This document shows, piece by piece, positions 13,001 through 25,648 of a stretch of 64,000 bases of DNA. This DNA comes from Macrostomum lignano (lineage: Eukaryota), in the NCBI GenBank assembly GCA_002269645.1, contig NIVC01002923.1, positions 7,933 to 71,932 of the forward strand, read 5' to 3'. Made by a program: the position numbers and the translations under genes. Every line of letters begins with the position of its first letter. Position 1 is the first letter of the stretch. The notes under the pieces are model-generated. The model was not told the DNA's origin, ran no database searches, and saw nothing but the letters and a program-made list of their open reading frames with translations.

Positions 13001-14570
13001 ACCTGTGCATCCGAGGCCAGCAACTCCCAACCAGGCAGGAGCTGCGCTACCTGGGTGTCTGGATCGACAGCGGCCTGCTCTTCAAGCGGCAGTCCGACGA
13101 AGTTGCCACCAAACTGCGCCGTCGTTGTGCTGTCCTGCGTGCACTGTCGCATCGCGAATGGGGGTGGGACCGCGCCACGCTTAGGACGGTGTATAAAGCC
13201 GTGGTGGAGTCTGTGGTTTGGCATGCGGCTGCAGCCTGGATGCCCTGGCTCTCTCAGACTCGCCTCAATGACCTGGACAAAGCCCAAAAAGTCGCTCTGA
13301 GTCTTGTCTCTGGTCTACCAAGCTCGACTTCTAGCGTGGCCATCTACCGTGAGGCCGATTGTGTGCCCATCAGCCTGGAGGCCAAACGACGAGCGCTGGT
13401 CACCGTCGAAAAGGCGCTCCGGCGGCCCGAGGCGGACCCCTGGAGGTCCAGGTATGAACTCAGGACCCCCACCCGGCTCAAAGCCAACCGTGGCCTCCGC
13501 GAACAAGCCCACTCAGTGCTCAACGAGATCCTCCCACATAGCCGTCTCCCGGGAGCCTGGGTCAGAGCCCCGCCGTGGGACACACTCAGCGGCTCGGACT
13601 GGCTGAGGCTCTATCCGCAACTGGTGAGACCGCTCCGTAAAACCGACAGTCAGCACACCCACGATCCGATCATCGCCGACACCTTCCGAGAACGCCTGCC
13701 CAGTACCTGCTACTTCACGGACGGCTCCGCTTCGGGTGGCACCGCCAACGGCCAACGGTGTCGCCGCCTGGATTCTGTTTGACCAGGAGATGGGCACGAT
13801 CATCCGGGGCGGCCACTCTGCAGCGGGCAGATAGTGCAGCTCCTTCGAAACCGAGCTCCGCGCGCTCCGAGATGCCGTCGTGGATGTCATCCAGCAGGAC
13901 GTTGACACCGCCGCCTTCTCACCGATAGCCAGGCGGCCGTCAGAGCACTGATAGCCGACCGGCCCACCACTAACGCGCTACTCAAAGACCTGAAGGCCCT
14001 TCTTCGGCAAGCAGCTGGCCGTTACGTTCTCACGATCCAGTGGATTCCCGGCCATGCTGGCGTGGCTGGTAACGAGTTCGTCGATCGCGAGGCCAAAGCC
14101 GCAGCTCTTCTGGATCAAGCCCAAGTGGCCATCTCGCTCGAAGCAGCCAAGCGGTTTATCTACCGCCGTCTCGAGTACCTTCCGGACCTGACCGGCCATC
14201 TGAAGGAGACTTACCAAGGACGCATCACGCACCATAACGGCAGCCGGCGTGAGCAAGTCCTCGTTGCGCAGGTGAGAGCTGGACACTGCCCCTCCTCGGC
14301 CTACTACGCTAAGCGCATCGGCAAAGCTCAGCTGGCCGAGTGCAGGCTTTGGGGGCTCGAGGTAGACCAATTCCACCTGGTCCACTGCCCTGCGATCGAT
14401 GTCGCCCGAAGACAGAACAGCATTTGCAATCTGAAAGACCTAGCCGATGGAAACCTGGTGGCGCGGCTCCTGGAGTGGATCGACTGGACCCCGCTCTAGA
14501 CGGCTGCACTCCGCACTCAACAACAACAACAACAACAACAACAGCAAGAGGAGCAACAACAGCAACAGCA
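10019..14570 (+). mobile_element. Decayed APE-type non-LTR retrotransposon (Ingi/I group): leader, 2A-like peptide, 2 PHD fingers, APE endonuclease, RT, RNase H, C-terminal Cys/His motif, (CAA)n tail
   Basis: Motifs: GNIETNPGP; CGKPL..CRQC..FHLQRIC..WTCSDC; CAKCKK..CNTC..FFHNAC..WRCRFC; LKVLQWNADGI..VMIQESK; YRPP; IIAGDFN; SDH; IVPLLKKGK..FRPVSLTS; GVPQGAVCSPVLFLLYIND; FADD; FTDGS; QWIPGHAGVAGNEFVD. It has several stops and frameshifts, a MITE insertion, and a deletion of RT motif A (DxxKAFD is absent). Confidence 0.93.
11332..11617. mobile_element. 286-bp MITE (hAT- or P-like) inserted in the LINE endonuclease region
   Basis: Perfect 14-bp TIR CATACATGCGCAAC/GTTGCGCATGTATG and 8-bp TSD GAGTGGAG (11324-11331 and 11618-11625). 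Removal restores the frame LKGWSGGTVEG. Confidence 0.93.
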
Positions 14571-15460
14571 GAGCGGTTCTCAAAGACGGCAGCGGAGGGG
14601 CTGGCATCATCATAGACAAGGTCACGCCGCCGCTCACTGCTGCGCTCTCTGACAATATCACCACGCTGCGCATTCCAGCGGGGCGGCCCTGCTCATCGAC
14701 CGCTGCCGAGCTAGTCGCCCTGCTGGCGGCTATTGACTGGCTGTGCAAACTGGACGAACCATGGCACCACGCCCGCATAGCCACTGACAGCCGCAGCGCG
14801 CTGCAAGCCATCACAGGCGAATCCCGGTTGCCGGCCGCCATTAACATCCGGCACCTGCTGGCACACCTCGGGGAGTGCGGCCGCAAGGTGGCTATGATCT
14901 GGATACCGGCTCACTGCGGCCTCCCCGGAAACGAAGCAGCTGATAAGGCAGCTGGTGAAGCCGCAACCATGCCACAGGACAACATGCCGGTTGGCGCCAG
15001 CATCACGAGTAGAGTCCTCCGGAGGCAACTACCGAGAAGGTTCACGCACGACCGGAGCCGCAGGTCTACGGCAGGGAAGCCAGGGTGCAGCGAGCGAGCT
15101 TCGGAAATTGTACCGAAGCGCTAAGCCTGCGCCGCTTCCGCTCCGGCCACTCGATCCAACTTCAAGCTTACAACCTGCGCATCGGACGCGCCGACGACGG
15201 GCTGTGTCAGGCCTGCAAACTGGAGCCGGAAACGGTCGACCACCTCTGCGACTGCCCGGCCACCTGGACGCGCAGGCAGCAGCTCGGTATTGGCGACGCC
15301 GCCGACTTGTGGGCCAAGGAGCCAAGCGCGCTTGCTTACTGGAATTGGTTCCTCACCAGATTCGCGGAACGTTAGACTGCACCGGTGGCATATACACACA
15401 CGCACACACAGCAACAGCAACAACAACAACCGCAACAGCAGCAGCATCAACTGCAGCTAC
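14570..15460 (+). mobile_element. Second, 5'-truncated LINE of the same group (RNase H, C-terminal Cys/His motif, CA/CAA/CAG tail)
   Basis: DGSGGAG..AELVAL..TDSRSAL..WIPAHCGLPGNEAAD, then FRSGH..CQACKLEPETVDHLCDCP, stop at 15375 and a microsatellite tail. Confidence 0.88.
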
Positions 15461-17599
15461 ACTCGCGTTCGGCGCGGACTAGATTTGTGAGAGATGAAAT
15501 GCGCGCACGTAAGTTTATTGTATTACGAGTTTGTTTAGAGGGATAGTTTTGACTAAATCAGTTTTTGTTTGACCACTCATTTCGTGTGAAATGAATATAT
15601 GTTACAAAACTATTATGCTTTCTTTTCACAGTTGGACTCTGCCGATTCTGCCTGCGGCGCGGCCACATAGCGGCAGACTGCAGAAATCTCTGTTGCCACC
15701 ACAGCCACAGCCGCAGCCGCAGCTGCAGCACTGTTGTTGACGTTGAAGAATGAAGCATTGAATTAAGAATTTTTTAATTTCTGTGCTGCTTAGCTATTTG
15801 ACTAAGTCTGTTCTCTGTCTGTCATCTATTTAAGATGAAAATTAAAACTATGACTAAAATGCTGAATTAGAAGCACTAGGCAAATTTAAGTAGCTAATCA
15901 TTTTTGCTGCAAAGAGGCTCTTTGCCTTATGATAAATCCATTTTAATACGAGTCTTTTTTGCTTTTTTTGGTTCATCAAACACAAAGGAGCCACAATGTC
16001 ATACATTAAAGAGGCACCATGTAAAACAAAAGAGCTGCCATGTCAAACACTAGAGGCTCCATGTCAAACACTAAAGAGCCACCATGTCAAACACAAAGGA
16101 GCCACCATGTTGTACATAAAACAGCCACCATGTCAAACATAAACATGTCAAAACAGATAATTAAATATAATAAATCACAAAAATAATTAAATGTATATAA
16201 ATTGTGCAATGGGCTATATTGTTGGTAAGCCTTCTGCAAGAACACCATACTCGTACAAGGCATATGTGCAAAGAAATATTGTGCTAAAATATTCAGAGTT
16301 GTTTTATTGGTCAATGTACAAAACTAATTTAACAAAATTCACTCTTTATTTCGGCCTTTGTTCACAAGAATTCTATTTATTTATTGACCAAAAATATACA
16401 TTTACTATATTATATATAAAAAACTGCTAAAATTTACTTTTTTGTTTCTCATGGATTTTTTGTGTTAATAATAAAATATAAAATATAATAAAATACACCA
16501 ATTAATATTTTTTTGCTGCTACACATTTTTGAAATTATAAAACCAATAAAAGATTACAGTCAACAGTGGGAAATAATTGAGGCCCTTTTAAGTCCTTTAT
16601 TGCTGATATCAGATTTTGTATGAGTTGCAGTCACCACTGAATTTAGCTACTAGGTTCATGCATTATTAACCTGACATAAAATGGAGATTTGATGTAAGGT
16701 GAAAGAAACTTTAAAGAGTTTTATGCATATGCATTAAATCAAGATTCAAGAATCAATATCTATTTGTTGTCGCCATTGTAATTTTTCATAAAATCTGTTT
16801 CAAGGACCACTGGAGTACAAAATATTGTTCATTTTAGTACACATCATGCAGTTTATTCTATATGTATAGTTATGGTAGGGCATTAATATATTAAACAACA
16901 ATTTTCAGCGCAAATTAAATTCAATGCAAGTTGTCATTAACCAATGTGTATGTAAAAAAATTGACTAATCTCTAGGTTACTATTTAAAAAATGACTTAAC
17001 TGACCATGTTTTCTCTTTTCATAGATAAACTTTTCTTTCTATGTGGCAAGTCTACTTATCTTTGTTTAAATACTTAACACTGCATTCGTTTGGATGTTAC
17101 ATTGTGTTGTACAAATGTGCATGAAATGTGTAATTTTTATGCTATATAATTCTAATAAAAAAATCTCAAAGAGATTATAGCAACCAAATAACCTTTTGTG
17201 AGTATAGAAAAGATTTGTATATTACATTTTCCTCAACATATTTAATATGTAACAATAAGAAAACTTAATAAAACTGTTTCAATTTGTCTCTTGCTTATTT
17301 GGCACCCCAAAGGGTGGGCATAGATTGCTAGTCTCTATCTAAATATAAAGTCTCAACTCTGTAACTCAATCAGGAATGAAACTGTTAGACAGTTTCTAAT
17401 CTCTCCTTTCTCTTCTTTCATCTCTACTCTTTTATTTTTTCTTTCTTCTCCCTTCTCTATCTTCTATAATTTATTTTACATTCTCTCTCCTTTTCTCTTT
17501 TTCTCTTATCTCTCCTCTTTTATCTTTTATCTTATCTCCTTTCAACTCTTATCTAGTTTGTAGCCATGAGCTGGATTCGTTATCTGGCCCTTGAGATAA

Positions 17600-19377
17600 A
17601 AGTCTGCCAGTGCCAACTGCTGCTTCAAAAGCCAGTTCTGGGACATAGTACTCATGGGCCATTCCAAGGGCCATTTGCTAACTGCTTTGATCATATAATC
17701 TTTCTGGCCAATTTTGAATCCTAAGAAGAATTTGTATATCTAAAGCTCAATTGTAGCCTATTACTCTAAAAAGCATTTGAATGTCAGATTTGAATGCCAG
17801 AAAGATGCAATGTGAGCATTATTCACTTACAATTGATGAGTGGACTGCAATTAACAATAGGCGCTTCATGAATATCAATATTCACACAACTGATAAGCAA
17901 GTTTATCATCTTGTACTAATTTGTATCAAAGGTTTAATGATTGCAGAAATCTGTATGCTACTTGTGCGAACTCGACTTCAGGAATTTGGAAGTGTATAAT
18001 ATAGAGCACGACATAGTTGTTGCCACAACTGATGGCGCTTCTATAATAGTCAAATTTGCTAAGTTGCTTAATGTTGAACATCAGATATGCCATGCTAATG
18101 GTATACATCTGGCTACCTGCAATATCCTTTATGCAAGAAATGCTGCAGATACTAGCAATGATATTTTTTCTGCAAATGAGAATGTTGCTGCAGTTGCAGA
18201 CTTCACCAATGATGATTTTGAGCAAGGTGCTAGTGAAGATGAAGAAACTGACACTGATGAGACTGTCAACCAGAATGTACAAGACAATGGTGATGATGTC
18301 CAATTAGATTATGCCATTGATCAAGTTTTTCAGCAAATAAGAAAGTGCATTTGCATGTTTTAACAAGCCCCAGTCCAAAATGACACCTGCAGATGTTTGT
18401 CCAGGAGGAACTTGGACGGCCACTATGCCTATTACTCAATGTAAAAACACACTAGAATTTGTTATTAATAATAGTTGATTGGTTCGTATTGCTACTAAAG
18501 CCTCTTCAGAGCACTATGTTGCACTTTGGCATTAAAGCATGATTCAACTGAAGTGACATTGAATGATTGAGGCAACTGAGTGCCCACTGAAGCCATTGGA
18601 ACTTGAAGTTCATCAGGGCACTTTCTCAACGAGACTGCACACTCATTCAGGCAGATGCCTCCATCAATTATGCCATCTCAGAGCTATGATAACAGGGAAC
18701 TAGTCTGTCCATTTGTTTGCTGGAAGCATTGCACAATTGTTTTTACAACATCGAAGTAGCACCATGTTGGCTGCACAGTTTCCTCATTGAAATGGCAGAG
18801 TCAGAAGTGTAGCTAAACTGAATGCAGCAAAGTACACACTTGTTTCAATTGCTGAAAGACTTGGTCTGCTTCAGGACAATGTTGAAGCACAATAGGTCGA
18901 GAACTAACCTGATGTAAAATTATATAAAAATTATATAGTTTGTATATTACTATTTTAGTATACTATTATGGACATTTATTCAAGCATACAAACCTTAGAG
19001 ATTTAGTATATTTAGAAGTATAGCAACAGTATAAAAAGTAGGCATTTCTTTTTAACCTTTTTGCATCTACTGACAGAGCCATCTCAATGGAGGAGCAGTT
19101 TGAAGTTGCACTTCGAAATTGCGCAGTGAGTTAAAAGCTGACAATTGTCCCAATACTGATGTCAAGCGCGTGATTGGCTGCAAAATAGATTTTTTGCGTA
19201 CCACTGGCCAGTGTGGCAGTGCTTGACAGGCTTTATACTGCCTTGCGCTCTATTCTACCTACTAGCCTTGACGCCAAATGTGCCTTCTCTGCAAGTGGCA
19301 TGCTACTGACAAAGCTAAGCTCACGCATGGCAGACACAATGCTCTCAAAATTGTGTTTGCTGCAGTTTTACTTTTAA
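17600..19377 (+). pseudogene. Degenerate hAT-superfamily transposase
   Basis: SLTIDEWTAINNRRFMNINIH (first catalytic D), TTDGAS..CHANGIHL (second D and CxxH region) and a C-terminal ILPTSLDAKCAFSASG..LCLL dimerisation-domain-like segment. Many stops and frameshifts. A possible element end GGGATTGGCAAAACTTAG lies near 20520-20540. Confidence 0.85.
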
Positions 19378-20931
19378 AATAACTAACTAACTTTTGACAC
19401 TTTTGACATACTTTTGACATTGACATACTTTTGACATACTTTTGACTTTTGACATTTGACATACTTTTGACTTTTGACATTTGACATGACAGATACTTTT
19501 GACATTATTCAATGTTGTTGCTGGTAGTTTGAGCAATTTGCTTCCAAGACTCTTTACTTACCCACCCCTCTCACAAATGATCCAACTTCTGCACTCTATC
19601 TTATGACATTATGCTTCTATGGCAACAAAGCTTTATGCTATCAAGTATTTTTTGGAACATGACATAAATTGTAGCTGCAATGTGATAGCCCCTATATTGC
19701 ATAACAGTTGCACAATCTTCTTAAAATCCCAAAACCCAAAACATCTTCCCTTATGTACAAGGATCTTCCAATTAGCACTTAGCAAGGCTCCTTTCTACAG
19801 TGGTCAAGGGTCAAGGTTGGGTCAAAGGGTTTTGCCATAATCTATCATGCATATGATCTGTGGATTTGATACTACTTAAAATCTAGATTTCTGAGCCAAA
19901 ATTCAACCATTGGCCACCCAGGTTTACTGACTTTGACATCCCAGCTGCTTGCCATTAAGAAGAAACCTAGGGCAAATCCCTGCCCCTGTCTTTACTCCTA
20001 TTCATTCCCAAAATCTATCTTAAATCCTAAGAGCAGTCTCTGTTTCCCCCAAAGTTGATTCTCTAATCCCTTTTAATTAATTCCAATTCACTTCTACATC
20101 ATCATTAGCATTGTCTTTAAGAAGAATCTAGCTAGAATCTGCTATATGTTAGGCTGCCACTTAACTACATATGAAATTGACAGTTGAAATTCATAACCCA
20201 GTTATCCTGCTTTGATTTGGTAATATTTTATGTATATAGGCTAATGAGTAGACAGCTAGGGCTATAGGGATACAAAATAGAAGCTATTGACAAATCTTAA
20301 AGAGATTTAAGGGGCAAAGGTGCTGATTGCTACATGTATATAGTATTTGCAGACCAATGTATTTGTTATTAATTATTATTAAAATCACATTATATAACTT
20401 CATACCCAAAATTGTACCAACAAAGGAGATTTGAAACTTTTTCAATCCTAGGATCCCGGCCCCAATTTGTTGGGATCCCAAGATTGGCAAAGTCCAAGAT
20501 ATCCTAATCTTGAGAATCCTGGGATTGGCAAAACTTAGGATTTTGTATGCCTTACTAATCAACAATAAAAATCATGACACTTTCTAGCACCACGCTCAAC
20601 TATGCAAAATACTTATTGACCAGGCTAATGTACACTTGTCACTTTAGTAGTACTTTTGATAAAAAATAAGACTTATTTATCTATACGTTTTCTACTAATA
20701 TTACCAAGTTCCATTAGATCAATGAGATATTAGACTATTAAGCATATATATCTCTAGTTAAGTTTTGCCTATTGACAATGGCATATAGTTTTGTTTCTAC
20801 CTTACCATGAAATATACTCCTAAGATAGATCTAACAACTAGTGAAATATAAGGTGGCTAGCTTTAAAAATTAGCTTTTTCTAATTGACATTTGATAGTTA
20901 GTGCATGCCTATATAAGCCCATCTAATAATT

Positions 20932-21344
20932 CTGGGTTTTTTTTGTCCATAACTTGGGTGCAATTTCTCACCCTGTGCTAGATTTCAGGGTGCAATTTTC
21001 AAGACCAGGATGCGCTGCACTGCTGCAGACAAAAACTGGTCTAATACTAATAGTGTTTCTAAGTTTTTGTCCATCCAAACCATCCAATGATGATCCAAAT
21101 TCCAAATTCCAAATGCTTAACTTAATTGCTTTACATTAATTTAAGATTCAAAAAATTACTGGCTAATTCTAAGAATACAAAGTTATGGACTTAAGATGTC
21201 CATAACAGTAAAACACTAAATTGTAAAACCCGCATCACATCCTTGCAAAAATTTGGGTGCGCTTTTTGCACCCTGAGTCAAATTTCAGGGTGCGATTTTT
21301 AAGACTAGGATGCTATTCGCACCCATTCGCATAAAAAAACCCAG
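20932..21344. mobile_element. 413-bp MITE with 8-bp TSD
   Basis: 12-bp TIR CTGGGTTTTTTT/AAAAAAACCCAG, perfect TSD TAATAATT (20924-20931 and 21345-21352), and an internal direct repeat of about 70 bp (TTGGGTGC..CACCCTG..ATTTCAGGGTGC..AAGAC.AGGATGC). Confidence 0.85.
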
Positions 21345-23239
21345 TAATAATTGGTCACCTATTTGCTATTAAAGACACATTGATAATACTATATTGTTAG
21401 TGCCACCCAATAAAAGGCATGTTTAGCATAACTATGGCATGGCATTGGTTTACAATAGGCCTAAGATAATAAGTTGCTAGGGCTTATCCAATTAATTGTC
21501 TTAAGATATAGCTATGATGGCATGCTTGGGTTGGCTACAACTTTACTTAAAAATTCACTTGGCTATTTCTATGGGCTATTAATTATTTGATAGAATAATA
21601 GTCATACATGCCTAATACCCATCCAACCCATCCAGGATAGGTGAAATGGCTGCTGGCCAAGGTAAGTTGCAAAATCAAAAACACAAAAAACGAAAAATTG
21701 GGGGAAGAAAGAAAGGAAAGGAAGAGAAAAGGAAAATAAAGCAAGGAAAAAGAGAGGGGAAAGAGAAAAAAAAGAGAAAAAGGCAAGAAAAGTCATATAC
21801 AAAGTGAAAATTAAGTTGCAATTGGGAGAAACTAAGTTGCAAATCTAGACAAAACAAGTTGCAATGGACAGGTAAATTTTGAGGTTGGGCATGTATGATA
21901 ATAGTCATATGATTGCCAATACTAACTTAGCAGGTCCATTGAGCAATTCGGAAAAGTGGAAAAATTAGAAAATTGGCAAAAAGGGTAATATGTTTGATTA
22001 AGAAAACACAAAAATAGAAGTTTTTATAGAATAAAGATGGAAAGGTTCAAAAGATTATAAAATTTTGCTTCAAATAAATGTTTTTATAAGAGAATTGGTC
22101 AACATTCACAAAAGTTATTTGTTTAAAGTTTTTGGTTTTTTTCTCTAAATTTCACATTTGTGATTTTTTTGTAAGTGTTTTAAATGTTTCTAAAAAGTGG
22201 CAACACATAAAAAAAGAGAAAGGTATAGTAAAACAATGTTGATGATAATAGATAAAAGGCAATTAATTTTTTATGTATTGTAAAATTTCATTTAAAAACT
22301 TTAAACAATTATTTCTATTAATGAATCTAGTGCCCCCAATTGCTGGCACCTGTTTTTTTATATAAATTTTTTCATAGAATTTAATTGTATTATTTTTTTA
22401 CTTTTTGGTCCCCACTTTTACCCATATAGTTATCTAAACATGAACCCCCAACAATATGTATGCATAACCATTTAGTAGCAAATGGACTTTCCTTTTCTTT
22501 TTTCTTCTATTTTATTATCCAAAATGGAATACAAACAAGAAGAAACAATGATCTCATTGCTAGATCTTACCACAACTCCAATAATGGTACCAATGGTTTG
22601 GGTAAATGGCAGGAGTGAATACTTCATCATCTAATTAGTACTCTTTTGCTAATTTGGAGTACTAATTAGATGGGCATTTTTGCAACTTAACTTTGCTAGG
22701 CCCCTTGCCAGATAGCTAGATTGGCTTAGTATTCCTCCTGATGATCTACAGTATATAAGGATAAAAATGGAATAATTATAGTCTAAGGATTAAAATTCCA
22801 TTTACAGCACCTCATTATTTTGAGAATAGAAAAACTATCAATTGTATTTTGCAAAGCACTAATGCAAATTAATCTACAAGAGAAATGCTAAAAAATGACA
22901 TATTAGGCATAAAAATCCATTGGATAATTCAAAAGTTATATTATTTATAACTTGGAATATCAGATATATTGAAGAAAATTGATCACAGTAGGCCCTACCT
23001 TATGGGAAAAATGCATTACAGGAAGTGAAAAAATTTGACACTAAAAATGCTATAACTTTTTTAATACTTGACCAAAATTCAAAAGTAAAGTGTATTTTTA
23101 CTCATACAAACAAAATCTATCATACTACATAATTAGAAATTTAGAATATTCAAAATCTCACTGGACCCCCTAACTGAATTATATGTAGGCCCCTATATGT
23201 TATAAATAAAATGGCCAGGTGATTTCAAAGATGCAAAGG

Positions 23240-23673
23240 GGCGATCCTACAGTTTTCTGCTTTTAATTATTTTTCGAAAAATTACGGCAGGCACAGCAGG
23301 AATAAGAAATGACGATAAACTTATATAATAGTTACTCATGATAATCATAACAGTTAACATGGATAATAATGGCATATCCAATTTAACATGTTCCCGAATT
23401 GGCGCTCTTGAAACAGCCGGCGCCATAAAAACTCTTGGAGATACGTCTCGAACAGGCCATCTGCAATACCATGCATCGCCCGATACTTGGCCTTGCAGTT
23501 GGCCCATGTACCCTCAATGGTATTTGTATAGATGGTAGGATCATTGGGGTCGACAAACCAGATAGAGTGATTAATGGTCACATGATTGGCCAGTTGATTA
23601 TAGGCGGCCCACTGGTCAGTGATCACTCGGAAAAGCCAAAAAATAATTAAAAGCAGAAAACTATAGGATCGCC
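23240..23673 (-). mobile_element. Merlin (IS1595/ISXO2-like) DNA transposon, 434-bp internal-deletion derivative
   Basis: 35-bp TIRs starting GG (1 mismatch) and 8-bp TSD TGCAAAGG/TGTAAAGG. ORF 23354-23626 reads TDQWAAY..H.TINHS..FVDP..TNTIEGTW..YLQEFLWR. Confidence 0.92.
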
Positions 23674-24224
23674 TGTAAAGGTGCTATAGCCTATATATTG
23701 GCGCCTGGCAGAAAAATTATTAATTAGGGCCTACCACAATAATTCATAAGGTGGGGAGACAAAGCATCAATTGGCATTGGCCCTTATAGGCCCCTAGCTT
23801 TTACTGAGGGAAACATGTCCCCCCTGTCTGCCCCCCCCCAATGGCAACATGCCTGCCTTTAGGCCTACTACTAAGTTTGACTGCACCAAGAACTAGGCCC
23901 ATAGGCCTAGGCCTATGAAATTTTTGATTTGTGTAAATAAATAATTTTTAATAGGAAACAAGAAAATTACCTTGCCCCTAACCTAATGAAGTTTTAGTCT
24001 GTTAGCCATCCATCAATTCACTATAACTTCCATTTCCATAGGCCAAGCTATAGCCATAGGTAAATTAATTTGTTGGTACTCAATTCACACATGGCCTGGG
24101 TATAAATGTATAATAGGCTTAAGTAAAAATCTATAGGCCTACAAGGCAAAATCATAACACAAAATTAAAATCACAAAAAACATAATATATCATATATGGC
24201 AAAATAAGTGGACAATTGTTGGAC

Positions 24225-24630
24225 AAAAATCTAGCTAGCCTTATCTGTATTCATCATTTCTCATCTCGTCGTCGTCCTTGTTCTTATCTCACTTTCTACT
24301 AAAGTTAATAGATACGTTTTCAAGTCTAAATCGAAAAAGTCAAGCAGTCAAAGTAATCTACGTTTTCAAATGGATGAAACGATTTAATTTAGAGGAAAGG
24401 AAGTTTAATTTGATTTTCTAGCTCGTTTAAAGTTCAATTCTTGATTTTCTTAGAAACGAGCTCTTTAAGTTTGATTTTTTCCAGATTCAGATAACGTTGA
24501 ACGTTAAAGTGTTCGATTATTTCTAGTCCTTAACTAACAAGTTTCATGAAAATTGGTGGAGCTGTTTCTGCTAAAATCAATCGCATAGGCCTACCTACTT
24601 ACGGACAACTCATCTATTGTATATAAGATT
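24225..24630. mobile_element. Possible non-autonomous Helentron/DINE-1-like interspersed element
   Basis: Moderately GC-richer block ending ...CTATTGTATATAAGAT, which resembles the termini of DINE-1-type elements as I recall them. No decisive hallmark was verified. Confidence 0.25.
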
Positions 24631-24902
24631 AGGCCTAGTTTGTGTTTGTTTAGACTTTAGGCCTAATAAGTTAGAAAACGTAAAAAAATAACAAGAAAAC
24701 TTTAACTCTTGATAAGGATAAGCTACAACCGACGGAGCTCACAGCACAGATGCACTAGCCCTAACATTGAGTTTGACATTTATGCGGCTAATGCGTTAAA
24801 ACTGAGACTATACTATATTCTATAATTACTAGGGGGGGGGGGGGCCTATACTCTGCAGTGGCAATACAAACACAGCAGCATCGCCATCTCTGTCTGTATC
24901 TA

Positions 24903-25648
24903 TTGGTAACAGTCCACTTCGGTAACAGCCACATTGTTAAGAAAAATGACCACTTTGGTAACAGTTGGGCCTAACAGCCATTTCGGTAACAACAGTCACT
25001 TTGGTAACAAGTGAGAATAATATAATATTTATTAATTGATATGCTCCAAAAAGTATGTGCAAACAAACTTTGAAGAAAGAATGACAAAACACATGCATAT
25101 CTGCATGTGCTTAACTTGTTTGAATGTTTTTTAACCAATCTATTTTTATTTCCAGATAAGTCAGATACATGCACCCAAGGTATCCTCTAATTGACCAAAT
25201 ATTGTATACCATATACATTAGAATCTCTAATCTAGTTAGCAAATAGTGACTTAGAATTATAAAATCTCCTTATTTCTTTATTCATTATTTAATTTTTTTC
25301 AATTTCAAATGTGTACAAGCTTAAGCTTTGCTTAATTTTCTTTGCCTTCAAATTTTTTCACAAAGTAATATGCAAGTTTAAACAAATTATAATATAGTTC
25401 AACTAGAAAGTTTAACCATAGGCCTATGTGGCAATAAGATATTTGAGATGTTAGGCCTAATTATTAAACTAATTATTCCTAATGCTAATTATCATAAAAA
25501 CAAAGTATTGACAATTGTAGGCCTAAATCTGTTTTATTACCAAAGACAAAGTGGCTGTTACTAAATCTAAAATGGCCATTACCAAAGTGGTCATTTTTGT
25601 TACTAAAGTGGCTGTTACCAAAATGGCTGTTATTGAAGTGGATTGTAT
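24903..25648. mobile_element. Degenerate foldback element with inverted subterminal repeat arrays
   Basis: Left array of CACTTTGGTAACAG-like units (24903-25012) and an inverted right array of CTGTTACCAAAGTG-like units (25530-25648). TSD not resolved. Confidence 0.5.

Noticed and set aside
11574-13908. Long minus-strand ORFs (290, 316 and 131 aa)
   Set aside because: Antisense shadows of the GC-rich LINE coding strand.
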